A stretch of DNA of 60,654 nt, counting the filler, from Dugesia japonica (lineage: Eukaryota): assembly GCA_001938525.1 (NCBI GenBank). It is 6 parts of 6 records of this genome, joined end to end, with 100 filler letters (N's around TTAATTAATTAA, not from the genome) between each part and the next. Parts side by side here need not be neighbours in the genome. Positions count along the whole stretch, not along the records: positions 1 to 8,609 come from MQRL01469445.1; positions 8,710 to 17,188 come from MQRL01627831.1; 4 more parts are not named here. One strand, 5' to 3'. Each line of letters starts with the position of its first letter. The stretch's first letter is position 1. Positions 1 to 11,269 of the stretch are shown piece by piece. The position numbers and the translations under genes were made by a program. The notes below the pieces were generated by a model. That model did not search any database. It was not told where the DNA came from and saw only the letters and a program-made list of their open reading frames with translations.

Positions 1-39
1 AAATAAGAAATACATTTTCAATAAGAAAACTATATTTTT

Positions 40-372
40 ATATAACAAGTATAACTAAATCTTTCAATTATAATGTTTTTTTAAACCATAATAAACAGTG
101 TTGTCCAAAAACGTTTTGTAAACGCATCTTGATATTGAATTTTGCTGTGACACTTACATTGACGGATAATAAAATGCTAATGGATCAAATACAAATACAT
201 TTGCAGGCTTATTGTAAACAGCTATTCACTGTTCTCCATCTATATTCGATCTACAATTAAGGCATTATCTACTGGAATATAATTTGGACGTTTATCTCAC
301 GCATAAAAACTTAACAATACTGATCCAAGCCACTTTGTTGCAATTCAATCAATCTGAATAGAATTAATATAA
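40..372 (-). pseudogene. Adenain-type cysteine maturation protease (Polinton PRO), disrupted
   Basis: The - strand reads INSIQID...DGEQ*IAVY (GEHW motif decayed)...VFVFDPL...KIQY...NVFGQHCLLWF (CGxxC catalytic region decayed). Boundaries are approximate. Confidence 0.8.
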
Positions 373-464
373 TAAAAATAATTAATATAATAACTTTTTA
401 CTTCATAAAATGTTTCGAGTATACATCATACTGTTTACACTTATACTGTTCCGTTGGCTTTGAT

Positions 465-1652
465 CTAAATTTCTTTTTCAAAAACTCTATAAATTATAAC
501 ATATGCCGATGTTGGTAAAGCTTTGGTGAACTTGATATCCAATCTCAAATTTCTTTGTTTAGGTAATTGACTCTGGTTTATATCAAAATTTGGAGCAAGA
601 ACAAATGTAAAGAAAGGATAATTGTCCTTAAAATCAGTAAGTGTTATTCTACAATTCATNTTCTTATCCAAATATCCCATATTTCTTACTATATATTGCA
701 TATAAGTATAATTACCGTTTGTAAAATCTTGAGTATATATTACTCGATAATCAGTGTTTTTGGTCAAGGAAACCGAAACAGCATCTAGATTTTAAAATGT
801 TGAACTCGATTTTTTATAGCTTCCGTTATATTGTTCTCCACTTTGAAGTGTAACCAAAATAAAGCTTGGTAATCAGCAAAGATTTCTTCCTTTTAAAACG
901 ATGAACTATCTTTGCGAATACAAATGAAATGACTTCCTTGGATCTTATCGGATAAATAGCATTTTGATTTTTTAGTCACAATTGATGAGCAGCTAGTACT
1001 GAGGGTTCAACTTGTACACGTCTGACCATTAATTTTGCATCTAGTAATACATAGGTAGGTTCATTGGCTGCAGATTCCAAAAAAATTTTAAAAATGATCT
1101 TTTCAACCGAAAATAAACCTTGATACCTTGAATATGGTATTTTCGTAGATCCATGAAATCGAGTAGTAATTAACTGTATAGAGATTATTGTTTTGATGTT
1201 TTAATAGACTTTTTTCTATTTTCTTCTGTCCCAAATCCCACTGCTGCAAGATAGATATTTTTGCTATTACCATTATAATTTGTTATAGTTTCAATTAGTG
1301 CTTTGTGAAAATAAAATTCATTTCCACTTTCTATTTTGAAATTATTAAATGAAAGAATTACATTCTTAAAAATCATATGCACCAAAATCATATACATATA
1401 GTTACAAAGAACTGTTTCATGTTTTTCAGTCAAATCTTTACCTGCCTTTTTAACTGCCTTCACTTTAATATACAGTAAAGTATCATTCAAATCCAGATAT
1501 TCTGTTTGAGATCCATTTATAAAAAACTTTACATCACTTTGTGATTCAGAAATTGAATTCATAGGAAAGACATCTTCCAAACTACCACTTTAAATTTTAG
1601 CTTGAGAAGATTTTCGATCAAAAATACATAATTCAGTTTTACCACAAATCAT
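465..1652 (-). pseudogene. Polinton major capsid protein (double jelly-roll, PY/hexon-like), disrupted and internally deleted
   Basis: ATG at 1652 gives MICGKTELCIFDRKSSQAKI*SGSLEDVFP...FFINGSQTEYLDLNDTLLYIKVK. The C-terminus is NLRLDIKFTKALPTSAYVIIY. Both ends are typical of Maverick MCP. Confidence 0.88.
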
Positions 1653-2011
1653 TTTTCAAAGATTGTTCCATGTCCTCTCATACGTTTGTTTATACGCGAT
1701 GAGTGAGATTTTTTACGTTTTCTATTAGTTTGTTGTGTTTTGATTTGATTTAACAGCATATTAGTTATTTTAGATAGTATTTCATTTGTTATACTTTGCG
1801 GTAATATGTTTGCTACTTTTGGGATCATACTGGTTAATCCACTAGGTAACGAAGACACAGAATTTCTACGTTCAAGTAATGCATTTGATTTCAATGCTGG
1901 TAATAGTTTTCCATCATTAGCTATAGGTTCAACAAGACTATAGGTTAACATTTGTTTATTTAACTTTATTATTTGTGGATTTCTATCACCTTGTATTACA
2001 CCATTCTTCAT
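1649..2011 (-). CDS. Small basic-tailed Polinton virion core/membrane-type protein (putative), open ORF of 120 aa
   Basis: Sits between penton and MCP with ATGA overlaps at both ends. It has an Arg/Lys tail ending MRGHGTIFEK. Confidence 0.55.
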   Translation of the reverse strand: MKNGVIQGDRNPQIIKLNKQMLTYSLVEPIANDGKLLPALKSNALLERRNSVSSLPSGLTSMIPKVANILPQSITNEILSKITNMLLNQIKTQQTNRKRKKSHSSRINKRMRGHGTIFEK

Positions 2012-2679
2012 ATCTGCAAGTGAAAATGTTCATTTTTCAAGCCTAATGTTCTTGCCAAAACTTTATCGAATGTAACAGTTTTGATATAATCTTTTAGAGA
2101 GAATTGAAATAGATTATTTGCTTTGAGAGAAATCGTTATTAAATAGTTCAGAATTGCTTTCTGTTAATTATTTATTTAGTTTCTCTAATTTTGCTATACA
2201 TAATTCATCTTTCAACTGTATAGTATGATAACTTACTTTAGAATAAGTTATTTTAATTTTTACATTTTCTATTGAAGAATTATCTTTAAATAATGTATAC
2301 ATAATATGAGTAAATCTAATCTTCTCTTTGGTAGTCCTAGGTTGGTATCCGAATTTATATGCGATTTTTTCATCTTCAAATATGATAACATATGGATATT
2401 TACTTGCAATAGTTATCATCCTCCTATCACGTATAAGAAGATTGTCATTTTGATCGATTTTGAAGAATTTTGCTTTATTATTAATTGTAACAATCATTTC
2501 ATTTGATATAGCTTTTGATGACATGATGAATCTTAGAATTTCTATATAACGGGAATGTTTGATATACAAATACAAAAGAATCTAACAATGCTATTCCGAC
2601 TGACCATCCATAGCATTATTATACGAGAAAGAGGACAACTATTACTCAGTAAAAGTCTATAGAAATGACTTGATTTCAT
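2008..2679 (-). pseudogene. Polinton minor capsid protein (penton, PX-like), disrupted
   Basis: ATG at 2679 gives MKSSHFYRLLLSNSC (compare FYxxLPSNSS), then a frameshifted DGQ.E.IALLD (compare GxWEVxL). It lies right after the integrase and includes ORF 2168..2575. Confidence 0.55.
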
Positions 2680-3689
2680 CTAAATTTTCTTCTTGATTAA
2701 CTATAAGCGATGCCAATATCCAACTTGGTTTTTCGTATCCATGCCACTTCACATAGTATTGTTTATTTTTTACAGTTCCCTTTGATTTGATAATGTTTTC
2801 TATTCTATATATTTCTGGTGGTGGAATAACTTGTAATTCTTGTTCATAGAAATTGTTTTGCAGGATATTATTTTCATAGCCTTTAATAACGTAGATGACT
2901 GGATTTTGTTTCGTGTTGATTTTTGTTGTTTGAAACACTTCATCACTCCAATTAATATTGAAATTCTAGATAAATGATGAAATTGATATTTTCGAGATTC
3001 TCACATGATCACTAACTTTACACTTTGGTTTTATTTGCTTTTGAATGTTTACGTGATAACCATAGCTTTAATTGATTGTTTGTACTTACATCAACCGGTC
3101 TATCTCCATTTCATCCCTTATGACCAGAATGATTATAACTATGTATAATTTTCGGTAAAATATTTATCCAAATGCATTTATTTAATGCATCTCTTAATGT
3201 ACGATTAAATCTCTCTACGTGTGCAGCTTTTTACTACGAGAATGCACTATAATAGTTTATTTTTAGAGGATTAATAAGTTACTTAACTTTGGAAATATAA
3301 AATTCCCTACTCAAATCCGTTTGTAAATTATCTGGATGTCCATTTTTAAATATTAATTTGATTGCAGATTTTGATTTAACTGCAACAGTTCTTGCCAATC
3401 TACTAAATACATTGATACATGTCAAAATATACTTGTATCTTTTATTTATTTTTGAATATGTAATCATCTCCATTAGATCCATTTGCTATAAATCATCGAT
3501 ACCATATATTTTATATGATCTGTTTGGAAATCTTTTCAACATCGGTTTGTTCAGGCTGTACACTAGTTGACTCAATAACCATGTTCTTGTCTTTCTTTTC
3601 GATTTTTTAGCTGCTTTCATCAATTTTTCTACGCCTCGGAAATCTACTGAATCTTTTGAATCCATCTATATTGTCTTTAGTTTCCCCAT
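2657..3689 (-). pseudogene. Polinton retroviral-like DDE integrase with C-terminal chromodomain, disrupted
   Basis: MGKLKTI*...GVEKLMKAAK...DDL*QMDLMEM...YKYILTCINVFSR...LQTDLSREF; AHVERFNRTLR; FYEQELQ; chromodomain YRIENIIKSKG..KQYYVKWHGY. Confidence 0.93.
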
Positions 3690-4098
3690 TACTACAATTC
3701 GATGCAGATTGTGGGTCAAAATTAGGTAATGATTGCAATACACTTATTGTATACTTAAATATTGCTATAAATTACCCATTGTTTATTTGAAATGAGTTAA
3801 TTCTAATGCTGCTATAAAGTCATCTTCTTGATTATTCATTATTACTCGTCTCATCAATTTTCAATTTTTTGTATTTATAAGCATTAATAATGTTCAAATG
3901 TACAATACCACGAACATTATTTACAATAATCTTAATTAAATCATCTATAACATATGGTGGAAATATTTGTACAATTTTCATACTAAAAATTTTCGATGAT
4001 TTAATCAAAGCTGTAAAAAACGAAATACTTGTTTCTAACTTCATTTTGTTATTTCGATAAAACATACATACCAAAGATTTGTTTATAATGATATCCAT
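3690..4098 (-). pseudogene. Polinton conserved small basic protein (PW-like), degraded
   Basis: DDLIKIIVNNVRGIVHL resembles the ExxxNxLxGNVxL motif, and the position between ATPase and integrase fits. Confidence 0.4.
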
Positions 4099-4329
4099 TT
4101 TCTATTCATTATTTTTAGTTTCTTTCCGGCACTATTTGCAAATTTTTAACCTTATTCAGTGGCTTTTTTTAATTACATGTTTTCTTATGGGATTGCTTCT
4201 TATTAGATTTTTCTTTTAAGATTTTTTCGTCCTTTTCTTTACAGCCAGGTTTTTTCGTTGTTTAACAACATCAGTAACTGAATCAACTACAATTTTCTTA
4301 AATTGAACCATTTTATGTAATATTAATAA

Positions 4330-4960
4330 AATTATCTATTTTGCTTATACACTGTTATACCGTTTGGACTAAATATATCAGTTGGCACTCTATAGTCATC
4401 TGGACATTGTTGAGTAAAGTCGAGTAATAAATATCCACGTGGATTTTCTGTTGCATCTTGAAATGATTCAATCAAAAATTGTATGTTATTTGAATATACT
4501 TGTCTTGCTAGGAAATCATCAAGTCGGATCTCTAAGATTTTTGAATAGAACCAAATATAATAAGTTTAAATAGCGGATTCTCTGACTACTACCTTAATGA
4601 AATAGACTTTGAGTAATAAATATCACAGTCACATTACGATGTCTCGATATGTTCGTGAATAAATTATTGAAATCGCTTTCTTCAATTTGCTTCCTGATAC
4701 AGATCGTCAACAACAATAACATCNCCTGGTCTCAATATTTTGCTCCAATTTTTATCAAATCCATTTATAATTTTCATTTTAATATTACAAAATTCAGATG
4801 TAGTCATTTCATTTTCTTCATCTCCACCCCTATTTTAGTATATGTTTTTAAATTTCGACTTGAATAAATTTGATTTCAACAATGTTCATACAAACCAAGT
4901 TTTTTCACTACCACTAGGTCAAACAATTTGATAAACTGCATCATTTCTTAATTTAACCAT
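4330..4960 (-). pseudogene. A32/FtsK-like genome packaging ATPase, disrupted
   Basis: ATG at 4960; Walker A decayed to YQIV*PSGSEKT; VIVVDDL Walker B; SRHRNVTVIFITQSLF; FQDATENPRGYLLLDF...YRVPTDIF. Confidence 0.92.
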
Positions 4961-5055
4961 CTTTTCTTTTTCTTAAATTTATTAATAATTCAGTACATTG
5001 TTTAGATTTGTTTTAACTGATCAATTAAATTAACCCCATTAATTAATAAAACCCC

Positions 5056-5277
5056 ATTGTTCCAAATAATTCATTAATTATAATAACCAATATTTATTAC
5101 AGAGATAAAGTGACGCAAGAAGTAACAAAGAAAATGAGCTTTCCAATAAGTAAACCATGTCAAATCAAAGTCCAAAGTGACAAGTTTACTATTCTATTCT
5201 TCAGATTAGGAAAATATAGAATAATGGGTTGTAAGAAACCATTGGAACCACTACCATTTACAATCACATTTAAATAA
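5056..5277 (+). pseudogene. TBP-fold-like fragment inside the Polinton
   Basis: Stop-free frame IITNIYYRDKV...KPCQIKVQSDKFTILFFRLGKYRIMGCKKP. The FxxGKxxxxGxK spacing is identical to the TBP repeat LIFSSGKMVCTGAK. Confidence 0.5.
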
Positions 5278-5341
5278 GTTAATGATAGAAAATTAAAAAA
5301 ACAATGGTGTAAGAATTAGATCAACTTGGAGTCCAAATTAT

Positions 5342-6830
5342 TTGAATGAAATTAAGGATAATATTGATTATGAGAAGAATACACCTCTTTGTAAAAGGAT
5401 TCAAACTGGTACTACGTTGTATACATTGCCTACAGAAAAAGGGTTAATATTTAAGGATTACTCTAAAACTGTGACTCCGCAATTTTTTATTTATGCAGAT
5501 TTCGAATCTGTATTTGAAAAAGATGAAAAGTATTTTTAAAAGCATTTACCTATTTCTGCTGGATTATTTTTGATGAACAATTTTACTAATAAACCTAAAT
5601 ATCATCAAAATAGTGATATTTGATATTTTCCATTTTTGAGTATGAATTTTGAAATTTGTTTGAAAATAACAAATTTATGTTTATAGTTTGGTTTTGTGAA
5701 TAAATCTTTTAATGGAAATGAGTTTTGACATTAATGATACGATAAATACTTCAAACTCATCTAACAATATTCATGATTATTTGAAAAATCTCCCTGTAGC
5801 TGCTAAACATCAGACAGTACCAGGTTCAAAAGTGAAGAAATTATTATGAACGCATTATTCAAAAAAGAATTATGTAATATATTGGAAGTTACTTCAATTT
5901 TATTTAAAAATAGGTGTTGAAGTGACTAAAATCCACGGAGCTGTAAATTTTAACCAAGATTTTATCTTTAGGGCTTATGGAGATTGCATTACTGACTTAA
6001 GATCTGAAAGTAAAAACAAAATGAATAAAAATTATTATAAGCTACTTAATAATAGTCATTACGGAAAAAATGTTGAAAATTTTAAGAAGCGAATAAGTCT
6101 CCATGTTTGTAGCTCCGCTAAAAACTAATGACCTATTGTTCAAAACCAACATTTAGGAAATCATTTAAAATAGATAAAGATATGATAGCAGTATAACTAC
6201 ATAAGGAAAAATATGTTTAGATCGTCCTAGTTATATCAGACAAGCTGTGTAAGACTTTAGTAAATTAAGGATGTATCAGTTTCAATATATAAAATTAGAA
6301 AGTATAGGAAACAAGAAAATTTATAATAAATATTGCAGCAGGTGATACCTTATAGTTTCTTTCTTGAGATCAAGGATATTAGATTATAAAGGATAATATA
6401 AAACAAATGAAAAACGTTAACTTAATTGATACATCTAATTTTTGTACAAACAACACACTTCATAGCATGTCTTTGAATTTCATTTTTGGTAAATTTAAAG
6501 ATGAGTCCAAAAATATAAGATATAAGGAATGGAGTTTTCTGAGACCAAAATGTTACCGTCTCCTTAGAGAAAAACCTTCTATGAAAACTAAAGGTTTAAC
6601 ATTACAAAGTACCGGCATAAACCATCAGTCGTTATGATAATAATATCAAATTGTTATGATAATAATCAAAAGGTCTTTGTTAACAAATTTAGAATTTGTA
6701 GTAAAAACCATCAACTATATAGCATTAATAGTATTAAAATAGCTTTGACTAACACAGACGATAAGCGTGTATGGGTAGATTAAAATATAAGTATACCATA
6801 TAGACATTATAGTATTTCAAACCGCTATGA
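5342..6830 (+). pseudogene. Protein-primed family B DNA polymerase (pPolB), fragmented with large deletions
   Basis: ExoI FIYADFES; YYKLLNNSHYGK; SKLRMY; GDT..SF (decayed DTDS); GKFKDE; FLRPKCY; KTKG; ALTNTDDKRVW. Confidence 0.93.
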
Positions 6831-7053
6831 TAAGAAACCAACTAATGCAATGTAAAGGTAACAATATTTTTTAATTGTTAATTGAAATGAATTAATTAAT
6901 TAATTATTATTTAGAAATTCAACTTAAAAGTTTCAGAGAACTCAATCAAATGAATAAAAAACAAGATTTAGTATGAATAAATATTAGTTATAACGTTGTT
7001 TGGTTATTTACTGTTTTTTATTAGTCAATATTAATATTCTCCAGTAAGAATTG

Positions 7054-8339
7054 TGTTGGGGTGAAACACCCGGTTTGAAAAGAAGAACAAGATCAGGGGC
7101 CCAAAGAAGAAAATAGTATCAAAAGGCGGTCGAAAGGTTAATCAATTAGGAATGAGGGCAATAATTATTAATACGAAAACGAATAAAGAATGAAATGTTG
7201 AAGGAAGATATCAAATTTGTAAAATAGTGGCCGAAACCAAGTTAATTAAGAAAATTATTGTCATTAAAAATAAAATAAGAAAATGATCAGGAAAATAATA
7301 ATTAATTAATAAAGGAAAATTAATTAATTTTATCGAAAAATAAATTAGAATTAGACAAAAATCAGTTTTGGTCGATTAACTCCACTCAGGAGAATCACAG
7401 GGAACGGTAGCAAGAAAATCTGAAAAGAAAATGACAAGGAGCAAAAGAATTTTGCAATAAGAAAGATTTGAAGAATGGGCCAATAAGGAGTCAGAAAAAC
7501 AAAACAAAACAAAAGACCAGAAAATCACATGGTGATCTAAAAATAGGCACCAATGATAACTCTAAAAATTCTGGAAAAAATCAGAAAATTGGCACCATCA
7601 CTAATGAGAAGCATGAATTTCAAACTAAAAATAGAAGCTCAAAAACAATGATGCCGGGTTGCATTTGGAAAGCTATATAAGCCCTCTGAAATTGAGAAGA
7701 AAATCAATCACTTTTTCAAAAGATTCAAGCATTGGAAAACTATTGTCCAATTTTCTAACGAATTATTAGAAAAGCTTGTCTATTATTTTAGCATAACTTG
7801 GCTAAAAAATTATTCACTTAATGTTCGCAAGGAAAATTTGCTGCGCTATTTAGAAAATAATTAAGTAAAGTTACCGTTAAATCTCACCAAAATTAATTTC
7901 ATTTAAAAAGAAATCAGGAAAAGAAGTACCTCGGCTATATCTAGGAGAATCTGTGATTATTGGAAACNTACACCAACTCAACCCTGTTGCAGGAATACCA
8001 ATTGTGAATTAGAAGCCAAAAATTTTATTGCAATTCTATGTATCAATAATTTTTCGTTGTCATATAATAGTAAATAAACTACATTCCGTAATTTTAATTA
8101 ATTTTGAATCTAAAGTAAAGTTTTCTATTACAATTATGTAATCATATTCCGTAATTACCATATAATAATAAATAATCATTAAAAAAAGTTATGTTGGATT
8201 AATATATTAAAAACGAGTAAATAAACAAACGACTTTCGTAACTTTTACTTAATCGATAAGCTTACTATTTTCCAGTCAGAGTTGATAGAAATCTAATGAG
8301 CATGTGATACTGAATCGGTCTATAACATTAATTCCAACA
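7054..8339 (+). mobile_element. Probable solo LTR (about 1.29 kb)
   Basis: Termini TGTTGG...CCAACA form a 6-bp inverted repeat. TTG flanks both sides. There is an internal TATATAA at about 7674, downstream AATAAA motifs, and no coding capacity. Confidence 0.65.
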
Positions 8340-8609
8340 TTGAAAAATAAACATCCATAAATAAATTTGAAGGGTTAAAAAAAGGAATAAATCAAGGACA
8401 ATAATCTTCACAACTCCTACTCTGTGTTATCATGACTGTTTCTGATCATCAAATGTACTGCAGCCTAATTGCTATATACATAAAATCCGAAATTTCAGAG
8501 AAAATAGATCTGCTATATTTATTGCATGTTTGAAGCAGAAAAGTCTCATAGTTACAAGACACAATTGAATAGCGCTTTTAATTTCTTCTGGATTAAATTC
8601 ACCAATATT

Positions 8610-8709
8610 NNNNNNNNNNNNNNNNNNNNNNNNNNNNNNNNNNNNNNNNNNNNTTAATTAATTAANNNNNNNNNNNNNNNNNNNNNNNNNNNNNNNNNNN
8701 NNNNNNNNN
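8610..8709. other. Artificial contig linker (44 N + TTAATTAATTAA + 44 N); also at 17189-17288, 25868-25967, 34689-34788 and 51951-52050
   Basis: An identical six-frame-stop 12-mer is centred in 100-bp N blocks five times. Confidence 0.97.
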
Positions 8710-8769
8710 CATACATACTTGTATGTATGTATATACACATATACATACATTTTTCATAAAATTAAAAAA

Positions 8770-9570
8770 AACATCATAACAAGTACATTTCCAACGCGTT
8801 TCTGGATATGAAGATATTTACGCAATAAAGAGAAAGAGTTATTCAAACGTGTTAAAAGGATACCAAAGTAGTCATGAGAGACGAGCTCAAAACCAGCCGT
8901 CAATAAGTTTTATGAAAAATCTATAACAGAAATTTCAACGTATCAAATAAAATACAACGAGAGGATGTCATAATCAGCGATTACAGAGAAAAGAACCCAG
9001 GGTTTAAATAGACAACTAACAGTTTTAATGAACAGCTTGCATGATATCATTTTGATAGATGTAGAGGATTATCACAAGAAGAAAAATTACGAGAAGAAAA
9101 ATGTTATTGTTGCGTAGAACATCGANATGTGCGTTATCAATGTTTATTAAGACATATGTTTAGTATGCCGGAAAGCTGGACACAATTTCTGGCAATGTTA
9201 TTTTGTGCAAGGTCTATCTAGTAGCGGAAATACTAAAATTCTATGCATCCAAAAGGAACAAGATGTACAAACTGATAAAGATCAAAGTTTTGAAATGTAT
9301 GATATTTTCAAAGAACAATCATAACAACTCCGCTTCATACATTTTGTCAGAAGTGTTAGTTTAGGAAGGGATAATTCGAATCAAAATAATGAAGACAGAA
9401 GAGAGATGAATGAAAAATGAAGACGGAAGAGAATGAAGCAGAGTGGATGTAAATGAAGTGCATTTGTTAATGTTATGGGATTCAGGAGCATTGATTACAG
9501 TTATGATTGAAGAGTGCTGGTTGAAGGTAGGAAATCACTCTTGTTATGTTGCAACGTCATATTAAATTGA
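8770..9570 (+). mobile_element. Ty3/Gypsy gag (zinc knuckle) and N-half of the aspartic protease, decayed
   Basis: CYCCVEHRxVRYQC knuckle-like motif at about 9102; MLWDSGALITV protease active site at about 9470. Confidence 0.75.
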
Positions 9571-9580
9571 ATATTGGTTG

Positions 9581-10011
9581 ATCTTGTTGATCCTGCCAGT
9601 AGCTTATCTCAAAGATTAAACCATGCATGTCTAATGACACAGATTTATAAACTGAAACCGCGGATGGCTCATTATAACAGCCATGATTTAAGAGATATAA
9701 TCTATTTTATAATCTTATCTATAACTGTGGTAATTATAGAGCTAATAATTTAATGAATGCCGTAAACAACAAAGCGGCTGATCAAAACTAACATGTCGCA
9801 AGACAAAACTTTGATGGCTCTGGATAACTTTACTGATCGTACGATATTACGTTGACGACGAATCTCTTGAAATGGCTGATCTATCAACTTTCGATGGTAA
9901 GATCAAAGCTTACTATAGTTGTAACGGGTAACAGGAAATCATTGTTCAATTTCTGAGAGGGAGCCTGAGAAACGGCTACCACATCCACAGAAGGCAGCAG
10001 CGCGAAAATTA
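9581..10011 (+). pseudogene. 18S rRNA 5' fragment (about 430 nt), mutated
   Basis: GTTGATCCTGCCAGTAG, AAAGATTAAACCATGCATGTC, CTATCAACTTTCGATGGTA, GAGCCTGAGAAACGGCTACCACATCC, GAAGGCAGCAG. Confidence 0.97.
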
Positions 10012-10031
10012 GCCTGGAAACGATTTATTGC

Positions 10032-10378
10032 CAACACGTAAATCATAAAATATTATTCAAACCCCTAACTTATTTTCTTAGGTTAGTTAGAGTTTAAATA
10101 TATGGCTAAACCACATCCAACAAATCCAAATATTCATCAGGTAATATCTTTATATCAGGTAATATCTTTATGAGGTAGGCTCTGAATAATCATTACGTCT
10201 ATGCGAGATTCAGACTTAATCTCGGATGCTAGCTTCGTCCCAAGGACCTTTCGATCAAGCACATTTACCAGTGATCCGAATCTGCGGTTTTTCTCGTACT
10301 GAGCAGAATTATCATTGTAATGACACTTTATATAGAAACGTAAAACTAACGACGGTCTAAACCCAGCTGACGTTCCCC
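10032..10378 (-). pseudogene. 28S rRNA 3'-domain fragment including the sarcin-ricin loop region (copy A)
   Basis: The - strand reads GGGAACGTCAGCTGGGTTTAGACCGTCGT...CTGCTCAGTACGAGAAAAACCGCAG...CGAAGCTAGCATC...TAAGTCTGAATC. The lower boundary is inferred from similarity to copy B. Confidence 0.9.
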
Positions 10379-10429
10379 ATGTTGCTGCTGTTATTTATAA
10401 TTATTATTTGAATTTATTCACAGTTTTTT

Positions 10430-10950
10430 TCTTTGCCATGTATTTCTATTTTTTCGTTGGTATTATTGCCATTTAGCCAGATGGATTTCATTTTCTTTAT
10501 ACTGATTTTTATTTATTGGCAACATTCATTCATTCAGCCTCTTCAGGTTATCATTCAGTCCTTTCACTGTTTTATCCACGAGGTATAGGTCATCTGTATA
10601 GGCACCATATGTTAGATTGTATGGCATTTTAACTGTTTTCAATTTCAATCCTTCCTTCAAGTTTCCTGATTCTATGGCATGGTCAAACACTTTTTTGAAT
10701 AGCGTTGGTCCCATAAAGCATCCTTATCTCACTCTTCTTTCCATCATGAATCTTTCATCACCAATTCTTTGAATTATTTGATTATTCTTGCCATATTTGT
10801 TGGTATTTCTATCTTTTTTAGAATTTGCTACATGATTTCTCTCGGTATACTGTTGAATGCCTTCTCAAGGTCTATGAATGCGCATATAGTGAATCTTTTG
10901 TTTCTAAAACCGAATTGACTATCATCTAGTTCTTTTTCACTATAGTCTTG
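10430..10950 (-). mobile_element. Non-LTR retrotransposon reverse transcriptase fragment
   Basis: ELDDSQFGFR; AFIDLEKAFNSIPRE; RGVR*GCFMGPTLF; GAYTDDL. Confidence 0.88.
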
Positions 10951-11269
10951 CAGGGGTTTATTCGACGTCGTTCTTAAGAATAGTTTGGCGGCCGTAGTAT
11001 CCTGTTAGGGACCAATAACCTCTCGTCATTTAGCAATTACCTTGAAATAAAGTGATTGTAGTCTCCAAGCGCCCATTTTTAAGCTTGGCAGTAAATTGCT
11101 TCCCCACTAATCTTAATCCTAACACTTTGTGAAGGTGATAAGATTAATTCAGCATTCGTCTATGGTTGACCAGTTTCCATAGTACAGGATAAACGTCAGG
11201 CAGGTGCCCCCTGGCTTATGAGTAGTAGCTTTTCGCAGGTTTCTGATCAATAAATTATTCGATTTAAGC

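Larger units (their letters stand above)
1..6850. mobile_element. Decayed Polinton/Maverick (adintovirus-like) endogenous virus; the left end is outside the window and no TIR was seen
   Basis: Clustered relics of adenain, MCP, penton, integrase, A32-like ATPase and pPolB, all with in-frame stops or frameshifts. Confidence 0.95.

Noticed and set aside
7468-7680. 70-aa basic ORF
   Set aside because: It lies inside the probable solo LTR, starts at TTG and has no recognisable motif.
8654-8665. Recurrent TTAATTAATTAA palindrome as a regulatory or repeat motif
   Set aside because: It is always centred in 100-bp N blocks, so it is an assembly linker.
9581-10011. Functional rRNA operon
   Set aside because: It is truncated, mutated in universal motifs, and 18S and 28S pieces are on opposite strands.
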